Source: Caedibacter taeniospiralis
GTDB taxonomy: Bacteria; Pseudomonadota; Gammaproteobacteria; Francisellales; Francisellaceae
Assembly (NCBI RefSeq): GCF_002803295.2
Contig: NZ_PGGB02000012.1
Location: 1-32,000 of the forward strand
DNA length: 32,000 nucleotides
Reading direction: 5' to 3'
This document shows, one piece after another, positions 8,628 to 16,464 of this stretch. The notes beneath the pieces are model-generated. The model saw nothing but the letters and a program-made list of their open reading frames with translations, made no database searches and was not told where the DNA came from. Both the position numbers and the translations under genes were made by a program. Numbering within the stretch: the first letter of the stretch is position 1; every line of letters starts with the position of its first letter.

Positions 8628-10361
8628 ATGAATACTGAAATACAAGGCTTAAGCTTTCAAGACTTAGGCTTAAATGAAAAATTATTGTCTGCCATTGAAT
8701 CAATGGGTTACCAGACGCCGACGCCAATTCAGGCAAACACCATTCCGTTTGTACTCCAGGGTCGCGATGTTTTAGGGCAGGCGCAAACAGGAACGGGTAA
8801 AACGGCTGCTTTTGCGTTACCTCTATTGAATAATATGGATTTGACCATCCAGGAACGTATGCCGCAAGTTTTGGTGCTAACACCAACACGCGAGCTTGCG
8901 ATTCAAGTGGCTGAGGCTTTTGAAACATTCTCTAAGAATATCGCTAAGCTTGAGGTCGCTTCGATTTACGGTGGTCAGGAATACGGGCGCCAAATCCAGG
9001 CACTTCGCCGTGGTGTACACGTCATTGTCGGTACCGCAGGACGCGTGATGGATCATATGCGTAAAGGCACATTAAAACTAGACACCTTAAAAGCGCTGGT
9101 GCTTGATGAAGCAGATGAAATGCTGCGCATGGGCTTTATCGATGATGTTAAATGGGTTTTATCACATACGCCAGAATCCTGCCAGCGTTTACTGTTTTCA
9201 GCAACCATGCCGCGCGATGTGCTGGACATCGTGCATGAATATTTGCGTGAACCTTGTAAAGTGCAGATCAAAACAAAAACAGCTACAGCAAAAACGATTC
9301 ATCAGCGTTTCTTAGTGATCAAAGGCTTATCTAAATTAGACGCACTTGATCGCATTTTAGAGATTGAAGATACCGATGGCGTGATGGTTTTTGTCAAAAC
9401 GAAAACTTCCACTATTGAGGTTGCTGATGGTTTGAAAGCACGTGGTCATTTGGCAGTAGCCATTAATGGTGATATGCAGCAAAACCAGCGTGAATATATT
9501 ATTGATCAGCTCAAGTCATCGAAGATCAATGTTTTAGTCGCCACTGATGTTGTGGCACGTGGCTTGGATGTTGAACGCATTAGCCATGTCATTAACTACG
9601 ATTTGCCACAAGACAATGAAGCCTACGTACACCGTATTGGACGGACGGGGCGCGCGGGACGCGAAGGTGATGCCATTTCTTTAATCTATACAAGAGACTT
9701 ACGTCAGTTACGCACACTTGAGCGGATGATTCGTGACACGATGGAAGAAATGCAGCTCCCAGGTGCAAAAGAAATTACTGACAAACGCATTGTGCGCTTT
9801 AAGCATGAAGTAGCTGAGATCATTCGCCACAAAGATTTAACGAAGTTCAGAGCACTAATGCAGGAGTTTGCAACTGAATATGGCTCTGAAGCTGAAGATA
9901 TGGTGGCAGCCTTAGCATTTTTGGCACAAGGAGATAGACAGCTTTTTGTTAAAGAAATTCAGGTACAGGAAACAGGAAGAACTGAGCGTGGATATGGCGA
10001 TCGTGATGGTCGTCGCAATGAGGGGCACGGTAATCATAGAGATGATCGCAGCGCTCGAGGAGGTAGTCGCGAAAGAGGTTCGCGCGATGCTCGTGAAAGA
10101 AACCCACGTCATTCATCGGATTTGGAGATGACGACCTATCGCATTGAAGTGGGGCGTAATGATGGGGTGGAGCCACGTAATATTGTTGGCGCAATTGCCA
10201 ATGAAGCGGGGATCAATAGTCGCAACATCGGGCATATTAAATTATTTGACCAGTTTAGTACGGTGGATTTGCCAAGTAATACGCCTAAAAACGTCATAGA
10301 GCACCTAAAGAAAGTCTGGGTAGCGGGCAAAAAGCTTGAAATCAAAGAAGACAGAAGATAA
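8628..10361 (+). CDS. deaD: DEAD-box ATP-dependent RNA helicase (DeaD/CsdA type), with an R/G/D/E-rich linker and a DbpA-like C-terminal RNA-binding domain
   Basis: Helicase motifs present: Q motif (TPIQ), AQTGTGKT, PTRELA, DEAD (VLDEADEM), SAT and HRIGRTGRAG. The C-terminal YRIEVGRNDGV...IG.I.L is DbpA-like. A 246-bp upstream region is consistent with a long leader. Confidence 0.93.
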   Translation: MNTEIQGLSFQDLGLNEKLLSAIESMGYQTPTPIQANTIPFVLQGRDVLGQAQTGTGKTAAFALPLLNNMDLTIQERMPQVLVLTPTRELAIQVAEAFETFSKNIAKLEVASIYGGQEYGRQIQALRRGVHVIVGTAGRVMDHMRKGTLKLDTLKALVLDEADEMLRMGFIDDVKWVLSHTPESCQRLLFSATMPRDVLDIVHEYLREPCKVQIKTKTATAKTIHQRFLVIKGLSKLDALDRILEIEDTDGVMVFVKTKTSTIEVADGLKARGHLAVAINGDMQQNQREYIIDQLKSSKINVLVATDVVARGLDVERISHVINYDLPQDNEAYVHRIGRTGRAGREGDAISLIYTRDLRQLRTLERMIRDTMEEMQLPGAKEITDKRIVRFKHEVAEIIRHKDLTKFRALMQEFATEYGSEAEDMVAALAFLAQGDRQLFVKEIQVQETGRTERGYGDRDGRRNEGHGNHRDDRSARGGSRERGSRDARERNPRHSSDLEMTTYRIEVGRNDGVEPRNIVGAIANEAGINSRNIGHIKLFDQFSTVDLPSNTPKNVIEHLKKVWVAGKKLEIKEDRR

Positions 10362-10446
10362 TGCAGCTTTTTGCTGTGGATGATGAAAAAATCAGCCGAG
10401 GTTCAATGCCAGAAACTCCTGCTTTGACAGAATTTCACAGCCAATT

Positions 10447-10734
10447 TTAATGTGTGACTATGGGGATAAACTTTAAAGCAATTGGAACTAAAATAGCGAG
10501 AACGACAGTACTCATAAGCCATTTAAAATTGCTATCAATACGGTTGTCTAACTTGTCAATACGGTTGTCTAACTTGTGAATGCGACTATCAAGTCGGTCA
10601 ATATCCTTTCTTAGGCTATCAATGCTCAGATTTACTTCATTTCTTAAGGTTGAAATATCTTCTCTTGTTGCAGCGTGCATTAAGATGTCAACTAACTTAT
10701 CTTGTGTAATTGTTACTCTCATCTCGTCACTCAT
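10447..10734 (-). CDS. Small tail-anchored coiled-coil protein (heptad array followed by a C-terminal TM helix; DUF1640/XhlA-like architecture)
   Basis: 95 aa. It has heptads DRLDSRI-HKLDNRI-DKLDNRI followed by FKWLMSTVVLAILVPIALKFIPIV. The family assignment is by architecture only. Confidence 0.55.
   Translation of the reverse strand: MSDEMRVTITQDKLVDILMHAATREDISTLRNEVNLSIDSLRKDIDRLDSRIHKLDNRIDKLDNRIDSNFKWLMSTVVLAILVPIALKFIPIVTH
10536..10577. repeat. Perfect 21-bp tandem duplication (x2) inside the coiled-coil gene; it encodes one extra heptad
   Basis: CAATACGGTTGTCTAACTTGT occurs at 10536-10556 and again at 10557-10577. It is in frame (7 codons) and encodes KLDNRID twice. Confidence 0.9.
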
Positions 10735-11007
10735 TTTGCTGCTCCCGTGAATTTATCTGGACGCTATCATAGCACTAAAGTAGTTTAAACAAAATGAGCA
10801 AATTAGCCAATTTTGGCGTATGGCTTGTCCCTTTTTGGTAGACTCAAGATCATATTTAAATGTAATTTTTTTTCTCGCTTAAAGTAAAAGAAATTTTATC
10901 AATGTGTTGCAGGTGCAAAATCAGTAAAGCTATGTTATGTTACCTCGCATGCAAGTCTTGAGGACATTATACAAAAGTAGATGCTTTTATTACAAAGGAG
11001 AGTGAGC

Positions 11008-11832
11008 ATGAAGGCAATCAGCAAGTATGTTTCTAAGAAGCCCGATTATCGGGGACTGGTGAGCTACAATGAGATTGAAAACAACACCTGGCAAACACTT
11101 ATTCAGCAGCAGCTGGAGATTGTTAAAACCAGGGCATGTGATGAATATTTGTCAGGGCTTCAGCTGTTGAATTTCCCCTTAAATCGTATTCCGCAAATAC
11201 CCGATGTTAATCAGTGCTTGCAAAAAACGACAGGATGGTCAGTTGAGCCTGTGTCGACACTGATTGGTTTTGATCGCTTTTTTAAATTATTATCTGAACG
11301 CAAGTTCCCGTGTGCGACATTTATTCGCACACCTGACGAGCTTAAATATTTACAGGGGCGAGATATATTTAATGAGCTATTTGGGCATTGCCCGATGTTG
11401 ACGCATTCTGTATATGCCGACTTTATGCAGCGTTATGGTGAGTTAGGGGTTGGTCAGCCTCATGATATCCAAAGGCTTCTTGCACGTTTTTACTGGTTTA
11501 CGGTTGAATTTGGTTTGATTAATACGCCCCAAGGTTTGCGTTGCTATGGTGGTGGGGTTCTCTCATCAATAGGGGAAACGGTTTATGCGCTAGAGGATCC
11601 TTGCGTACGTTATGAACGCTTTGATGCGCTAAATATTCTAAGGACACCGTATCTCATCGATATCTATCAACCCGTGTATTATGTCATTCGTTCATATGAG
11701 AGTATTTACAACGTGCTTAAAGATGACTTTATTGAGTTAATTAAAAAATCCCAAACACTACCAGAATTTAAGGCGCTTTATCTGCAAAAGGAAAGACTAG
11801 CTGCAGATTTGGAGCTTGAGGCAGTGAAATAA
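11008..11832 (+). CDS. phhA: Phenylalanine 4-hydroxylase (pterin-dependent aromatic amino acid hydroxylase)
   Basis: The ATG at 11008 has an AAGGAG RBS at 10995-11000. LFGHCPML, WFTVEFGL and GGGVLSS(I)GE match the iron-binding and catalytic core of bacterial PhhA. Confidence 0.9.
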   Translation: MKAISKYVSKKPDYRGLVSYNEIENNTWQTLIQQQLEIVKTRACDEYLSGLQLLNFPLNRIPQIPDVNQCLQKTTGWSVEPVSTLIGFDRFFKLLSERKFPCATFIRTPDELKYLQGRDIFNELFGHCPMLTHSVYADFMQRYGELGVGQPHDIQRLLARFYWFTVEFGLINTPQGLRCYGGGVLSSIGETVYALEDPCVRYERFDALNILRTPYLIDIYQPVYYVIRSYESIYNVLKDDFIELIKKSQTLPEFKALYLQKERLAADLELEAVK

Positions 11833-11859
11833 ACATATTGGCTAGTTTAAGGAAGATAG

Positions 11860-12195
11860 ATGGAAAATCGGCTAGATAAAAAATGCCAGGCTTGTGAATA
11901 TGGTGATGTTGCGCCATTTAGCATTAAAGAGGCAAAACAATATCTTCAAAAAATATCACTTTGGCAGTTAAGTGCTTGTGGTAAAAAAATTTCACGTACA
12001 TTTGATTTCAAAGGTTTTTATAAAACGATGGCATTTGTCAACGCCGTGGCATGGGTTGCTAATAGCGAAGGACATCATCCTGATATGGAGATCAGTTTTA
12101 ACCGCTGTATTGTGCATTTTACAACACATGCCGTTGGTGGTTTAACGGAGAATGATTTTATTTGTGCCGCAAAGGTCGATGCGTTGTTAAGTTAA
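11860..12195 (+). CDS. phhB: Pterin-4a-carbinolamine dehydratase
   Basis: 111 aa, 27 nt downstream of phhA. The EGHHPD motif followed by HFTTHAVGGLTENDF is typical of PCD/DCoH. Confidence 0.9.
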   Translation: MENRLDKKCQACEYGDVAPFSIKEAKQYLQKISLWQLSACGKKISRTFDFKGFYKTMAFVNAVAWVANSEGHHPDMEISFNRCIVHFTTHAVGGLTENDFICAAKVDALLS

Positions 12196-12439
12196 AATCC
12201 ACTACTATTAGTGTAGTGCGATTGAATTTGAGGATAAGGCAGTTGCCATGCGATTCAAGGAATTGGTGCACGTTTTGTAGAGCGTTTTGAAGGAGACCTT
12301 AAATAAAGGTTGTCGGTTTACCCGTTGAGGTAGTGAAACAAGTGTTTGTGGACCTGGAAATTCCCATCACAAAATCATAGATTATTGATGGCAAGATCCG
12401 TACACTGTGCTCATCTAAAAAATTCTAATATTTAAAGAT

Positions 12440-13177
12440 ATGGCAATTGAGCGATTTGAGGTGCAGTTGGTTGAAACTAAACAAATTGCCCCAAATGTAA
12501 AACATCTTGTATTTAAAAAAGTCGATGGCGGCAAATTTGAGTTTGTGCCTGGTCAGTTTATTACTTTTTTATTTGACCACGAGGATGCGAAAGTAAGGAG
12601 GCGAAGTTACAGTGTGGCGAGTATTCCTGACCAGACAAATGACATTGAAATTGCTATTTCATACGTTGAGGGTGGAATAGCTTCGGAGCATTTATTTAAT
12701 ATGCAGCCAGGGGATAAGTTTAATGCCATGGGACCCGCGGGACGTCTGGTGTTAAAAGAGGACGAGAGGATTCGTAAACTTCTTTTGGTTGGAACGGGTA
12801 CTGGTATTGCCCCATATCGTGCGATGCTACCAACACTAAAAACGCTGTTAAGCGCCAATATACGGGAAGTTCATGTCTTATTGGGGGTGCAGTATCAGGT
12901 CGATGAAATTTATGCCGAGGACTTTCGTGAGTATGTTAGTAAACTGGAAAATCTGCACTTTAGTGTATGTTTAAGTCGTGAGAATAGAGCATTAGCAAAG
13001 GATGAAATCAAGGGATATGTCCAGCACTGTTTTGGAAATCTTGACCTTGATTCTAAGCAGGATGTTGTGTATTTATGTGGCAATCCTAATATGATTGATG
13101 ACTCCTTTGCCTTGCTAACAGAGCGTGGATTTGATGCAAAACGTGTGCGTCGCGAGAAATATATTTCTTCAAATTAA
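12440..13177 (+). CDS. FNR-family flavoprotein reductase (ferredoxin-NADP+ reductase-like)
   Basis: 245 aa. It has an RRSYSVAS (RxYS) FAD-binding motif, a GTGTGIAPYRAM NAD(P)H-binding motif and a C-terminal YLCGNPNM. The physiological acceptor cannot be read from the sequence. Confidence 0.8.
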   Translation: MAIERFEVQLVETKQIAPNVKHLVFKKVDGGKFEFVPGQFITFLFDHEDAKVRRRSYSVASIPDQTNDIEIAISYVEGGIASEHLFNMQPGDKFNAMGPAGRLVLKEDERIRKLLLVGTGTGIAPYRAMLPTLKTLLSANIREVHVLLGVQYQVDEIYAEDFREYVSKLENLHFSVCLSRENRALAKDEIKGYVQHCFGNLDLDSKQDVVYLCGNPNMIDDSFALLTERGFDAKRVRREKYISSN

Positions 13178-13190
13178 TAACCCTAAATGC

Positions 13191-13219
13191 TTGAGAGACA
13201 ACGCGCTTTGCGTTATGAT
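13191..13219 (+). promoter_or_regulatory. Candidate sigma70 promoter for rpmE, followed by a leader hairpin
   Basis: TTGAGA (13191-13196), a 17-nt spacer, then TATGAT (13214-13219). A leader hairpin CCTAAG/CTTAGG lies at 13243-13259. The AGAGG RBS precedes the ATG at 13295. Confidence 0.5.
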
Positions 13220-13294
13220 GTCGAGCGTTTTACTCTGCGGTGCCTAAGATGGGCTTAGGTGGCGGCGAGAATTTAGCTAAAGAGGTAAGTAAAC

Positions 13295-13513
13295 ATGAAT
13301 TTAGAGATTCAACCAAAATATGAAAGTGTTTCAGTAAGCTGCAGTTGTGGTAATAGGTTTGAAACGCGTTCAACTAGGTGTAAGGATATTCAGCTGGATG
13401 TGTGCTCCATGTGTCATCCGTTTTACACAGGCAAGCAACGTGTGGTTGATACTGCGGGTCGCGTAGATAGCTTCCAAAAACGCTTTGGTGACCTGAAGTC
13501 TCGTAAGTTATAG
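13295..13513 (+). CDS. rpmE: 50S ribosomal protein L31 (zinc-binding type A)
   Basis: 72 aa. CSCG...[10 protein letters not shown] gives the four Zn ligands, and HPFYTGKQ is the L31 signature. Confidence 0.95.
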   Translation: MNLEIQPKYESVSVSCSCGNRFETRSTRCKDIQLDVCSMCHPFYTGKQRVVDTAGRVDSFQKRFGDLKSRKL

Positions 13514-13544
13514 ATTTAATAACACAGAATCTGAATGCTATAAT

Positions 13545-13571
13545 GGCGCCGTAAAGGCGCTTTTTTATTTT
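13545..13571 (+). terminator. Rho-independent terminator of rpmE
   Basis: GGCGCC (13545-13550), loop GTAAA, GGCGC (13556-13560), followed by TTTTTTATTTTT. Confidence 0.8.
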
Positions 13572-13674
13572 TATACTACGCCAAAGAATCAGGCTTGAAG
13601 ATGAGCTCTCATCGCCTTTAAATCTAGGCATTTCATACTTCGTATTAACTGGTGTTTCGTTAGGATTTAAAAAA

Positions 13675-14016
13675 TTGATGCGTAGTTCCCGTGAGTTCTC
13701 GTCCATAGGCAAAGAATTTTGCGGAAAAAATCTTGGAACGATACATACATTTCAAGGGAAGCAGTCTGATATTGTCATTTTCTTGCTAGGTGGTAATCCT
13801 AATAAATATGGGGCAATAAACTGGGTCTCAGGAACAGTAAATATGATTAACGTTATAGTTAGTCGTGCAAAGGCAGTTTTAAAAGTTGTCGGGAATAGCA
13901 ATGTTTGGGGCGCATCAGGATATGTCGCTGATGTAAATATGGCGCTGCTTAGTAGCTCACCAAAAATGTATTCTCATGATTGGGTTGAAAAACCTAAAGA
14001 CATAGCAGCGATTTAG
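13675..14016 (+). pseudogene. C-terminal remnant of a superfamily-1 (Upf1/Dna2-like, AAA_12-type) helicase
   Basis: GTIHTFQGKQSDIVIFLL matches SF1 motif V (T.H..QG.E.D.VI). NVIVSRAKAVLKVVGN matches motif VI (NVA.TRAK..L.ivG). There is no Walker A/B and no N-terminal domains. The frame is open back only to 13555, with no credible start or RBS. Confidence 0.65.
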
Positions 14017-14051
14017 TTTAAAAGGTAGAAAAACAGGAGATATTTAACCAC

Positions 14052-14453
14052 ATGAGTTTTACAGTGAAGATACCAGTAAGATGGGCAGATACGGATGCTT
14101 ATCAGCACGTGAATAACAGTGTTTATTTCAGGTATTTTGAAGAAGTTCGCTTCCAGTGGCAAGAAGGGCAGTTAAGGTTTAAGCAATGGACTAAAGCACA
14201 TGCTCTGCAATTTGTCATTGCATCGCAAAAGGCAGATTATAAAAAGCCAGTTACTTATCCGAATATGCTAAAAATCAAGCAAACACCACTTATGATAAGC
14301 AACTCAAGTTTTACCTTGGCTTATGAAATCACGCTAGAGAATGACGACAATGTTTATTGTACTGGTGAGGTAAAGTTGGTTTGTTTCGATCCAAAGACAA
14401 AAAGACCTTATAAAATGCCAGATGACATTAAATCGCTATTAGAAAACGCATAG
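14052..14453 (+). CDS. Acyl-CoA thioesterase, 4HBT hot-dog fold (YbgC/FadM-like)
   Basis: 133 aa. The N-terminal VRWADTDAYQHVNNSVYFRYFEE is the catalytic-Asp motif region of 4HBT thioesterases. Confidence 0.8.
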   Translation: MSFTVKIPVRWADTDAYQHVNNSVYFRYFEEVRFQWQEGQLRFKQWTKAHALQFVIASQKADYKKPVTYPNMLKIKQTPLMISNSSFTLAYEITLENDDNVYCTGEVKLVCFDPKTKRPYKMPDDIKSLLENA

Positions 14454-14597
14454 GATGAGTTGAATATTAGGCTTCTGCGTTTAAAAATCGCAGGACTAGC
14501 TGAGCTAATTTGAACATTTTAAGTGTACACTAACGCAGAAATGCCTGAAAAGACGATGCTTTAACGAGGTTTGTATGTCGAACTCACATTAGCAACA

Positions 14598-16010
14598 CTA
14601 AAGATAGTTGTAAAAAATCTTGATCACGGCATCTTCAAACATGCGTGCCTTAACGCGCTGTTTGCGACTTAGATCATTTAACATAATTGAAAAGCTAATA
14701 AGGTGATTTTGTCTGGTAAGCAGGTAGCCTGAAAGAGTCGACACGCCAGCAAGGGTCCCTGTTTTGGCGTGTACTCGCCTTTGGAGTTTTCCGCCCATGC
14801 GATAAGCTAAACTACCATCTTCACCTGAGCTGGGAAGTGCTTGATAAAAGCGTTTACCAATACTGCTGTTATAGACTTTTGTTAATAGCTCAACCATGAA
14901 AGCAGGGGTGACCGAATCAAGCTTTGAAAGACCTGAACCATCTTCCATGTGTAGCCCACCTGTTGTGTCGATGGCATAGGTTTTTTTTATGAGTGATTCT
15001 ACGGTTTGAGTGCCTGCTGCAGTACTGCCTTGACCTAACTGGGTGTGACCGATCGTTCTCAGGAAGCTTTCAGCGTAGAGATTATCTGACTTTAGCAGCA
15101 TATGCGTAATTAAATCATCCAAAGATGCCGAAGATGTTGATGCAACTAGAGTAAGCTGAGATTTATCAGGCAACTTACCAAAAATAGTATTTCCATAATG
15201 GGAAATTCCGACCTCCGATAAAAAGCCATCAATGCTTTGTTTTGTTTTTAAAGCAGGGTTAGCAATGGCAAGCTTAAGATAAAATTCAGCTTTTTGAGGC
15301 AAACAGCCTGATAAATTAAGGACGTTGTCACGCGTCATTTGTATATCAAAAGCGCAGCTCTTACGATCACTTGCCGAGGCTAGCTTAGTCGTGTTATTGA
15401 TGGTGATATTACTGGTGTTGGCGATTTTTTTAACTTCGGTATTATTGCCACTAGTGTTCACCAGTTTAATGACAAGGCAGTTTTTATTCATATTGAGCGT
15501 GGAAGCAGGGGCTGCAAAGCAATAGGGGATATCATTTTTATCCCAACCATTAGGCGTGTAGTCACCCGAAAAATGATTTGCAATTAAGATGACATCACCG
15601 TTGATTCTTGTGATTCCATGTTGCTTGACTTGGGAAATTAAGTTATATAGTGATGCGCCAGTTAAACTAGGGTCTCCCGTAAACTCGATGTACAAGTTAC
15701 CGTTTAAAATGCCATGGTTATATTGGGCGCTTGCATAAAAAACGCTAGTGGTAAATTGGAAATTTTTAGGCAAAGCGGTGAGTGCAGCAATTGCCGTAAA
15801 TATTTTATTGTTACTTGCAGGGATAAATTGGTGGGTTTCAGAGTATGTGTAAAGCATTCCCCCTGAGCTGACTTGTTTGGCAGCAATACCGATAGACACA
15901 TCAGATAAGCGATACGTTTTCACTAAAGATTGAATTTCACTACGCATTGAGGCAAAGGATAGGGCTATTGTGCTTATAACAGCACAAGTAATAAGGATTA
16001 TCTTTTTCAC
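14598..16010 (-). CDS. dacB: D-alanyl-D-alanine carboxypeptidase/endopeptidase (PBP4 family)
   Basis: 470 aa with a signal peptide. It has SxxK (PASNNK), SxN (KSDN) and KTG (HAKTGTL) motifs with PBP4-type spacing. Confidence 0.88.
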   Translation of the reverse strand: MKKIILITCAVISTIALSFASMRSEIQSLVKTYRLSDVSIGIAAKQVSSGGMLYTYSETHQFIPASNNKIFTAIAALTALPKNFQFTTSVFYASAQYNHGILNGNLYIEFTGDPSLTGASLYNLISQVKQHGITRINGDVILIANHFSGDYTPNGWDKNDIPYCFAAPASTLNMNKNCLVIKLVNTSGNNTEVKKIANTSNITINNTTKLASASDRKSCAFDIQMTRDNVLNLSGCLPQKAEFYLKLAIANPALKTKQSIDGFLSEVGISHYGNTIFGKLPDKSQLTLVASTSSASLDDLITHMLLKSDNLYAESFLRTIGHTQLGQGSTAAGTQTVESLIKKTYAIDTTGGLHMEDGSGLSKLDSVTPAFMVELLTKVYNSSIGKRFYQALPSSGEDGSLAYRMGGKLQRRVHAKTGTLAGVSTLSGYLLTRQNHLISFSIMLNDLSRKQRVKARMFEDAVIKIFYNYL

Positions 16011-16098
16011 ACTAATAACTATTTTTGACTATCGATTTTTAAAGATGTCGCCGATAATAGCAAGTTTTAGAAATGATTGTAATCTGTGATTCGGCATT

Positions 16099-16464
16099 AT
16101 GTATAAGCTTAAATTAAAGAACGTTATCATAAATGCCTATTTAGGGGTTTATGACTTTGAGCAACAGACAGCCCAGGAGGTTTTGTTAGATTTGTGTGTT
16201 GCTTATCATCAGATACCCAAGGGGTGTTTCAGTGATCAACTTGAAGACACCGTGTGTTATGCTGACATTAATGCACTTTTAATTCAAACTGCATTAAAAA
16301 AACGCTATCAGTTGATAGAGCATCTGGCATACACTTTACTACATGCTGTAGTCGATATGTTGAAAGAGTACAGTGTTGATATATATCTTGAACTGCATAA
16401 AAAACCACCCTTGGATAATGTTTCTGTGGCAAGCTTTTGTGTGGAGCATTTATGTACCAGGTAG
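16099..16464 (+). CDS. folB: Dihydroneopterin aldolase (FolB family; a FolX-type epimerase cannot be excluded)
   Basis: 121 aa. The FolB-like N-terminus is I.NAYLGVYDFEQQTAQEVLLDL. The gene overlaps the downstream folK-folP start by 13 nt. Confidence 0.75.
   Translation: MYKLKLKNVIINAYLGVYDFEQQTAQEVLLDLCVAYHQIPKGCFSDQLEDTVCYADINALLIQTALKKRYQLIEHLAYTLLHAVVDMLKEYSVDIYLELHKKPPLDNVSVASFCVEHLCTR

Noticed and set aside
9912-10345. Cluster of alternative-frame and antisense ORFs (61-81 aa) at the 3' end of deaD
   Set aside because: They are by-products of the R/G/D/E-rich low-complexity linker of DeaD, which keeps other frames open. None has an RBS or recognisable motifs.
10400-10410. GGTTCAATGCC resembling a tRNA T-loop, downstream of deaD
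   Set aside because: I could not find flanking acceptor, D or anticodon stems. It is an isolated chance match.
10814-10828. Sigma54-like element TGGCGTATGGCTTGT upstream of phhA. In Pseudomonas, phhA is sigma54/PhhR-dependent.
   Set aside because: The -12 element reads TTGT instead of the strongly conserved TTGC. The site is ~180 nt upstream of the ATG, and no PhhR-type activator gene is nearby. It would only be worth a check if a proper PWM scan scores it.
12196-12439. Intergenic region with several GGA / A(A)GGA motifs, considered as an RsmY/RsmZ-type CsrA-sponge sRNA
   Set aside because: Only about three motifs have the A(N)GGA context and they are not clearly in hairpin loops. I saw no LetA/GacA-type palindromic box upstream and no U-tract terminator. 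The count is close to chance for this length.
14469-14546. Inverted repeats (AGGCTTCTGCGTT ... AACGCAGAAATGCCT, plus a local CTGCG/CGCAG hairpin) between the convergent thioesterase and dacB genes
   Set aside because: This is plausibly a bidirectional terminator region, but neither hairpin is followed by a U-tract on either strand. I did not annotate it as a terminator.
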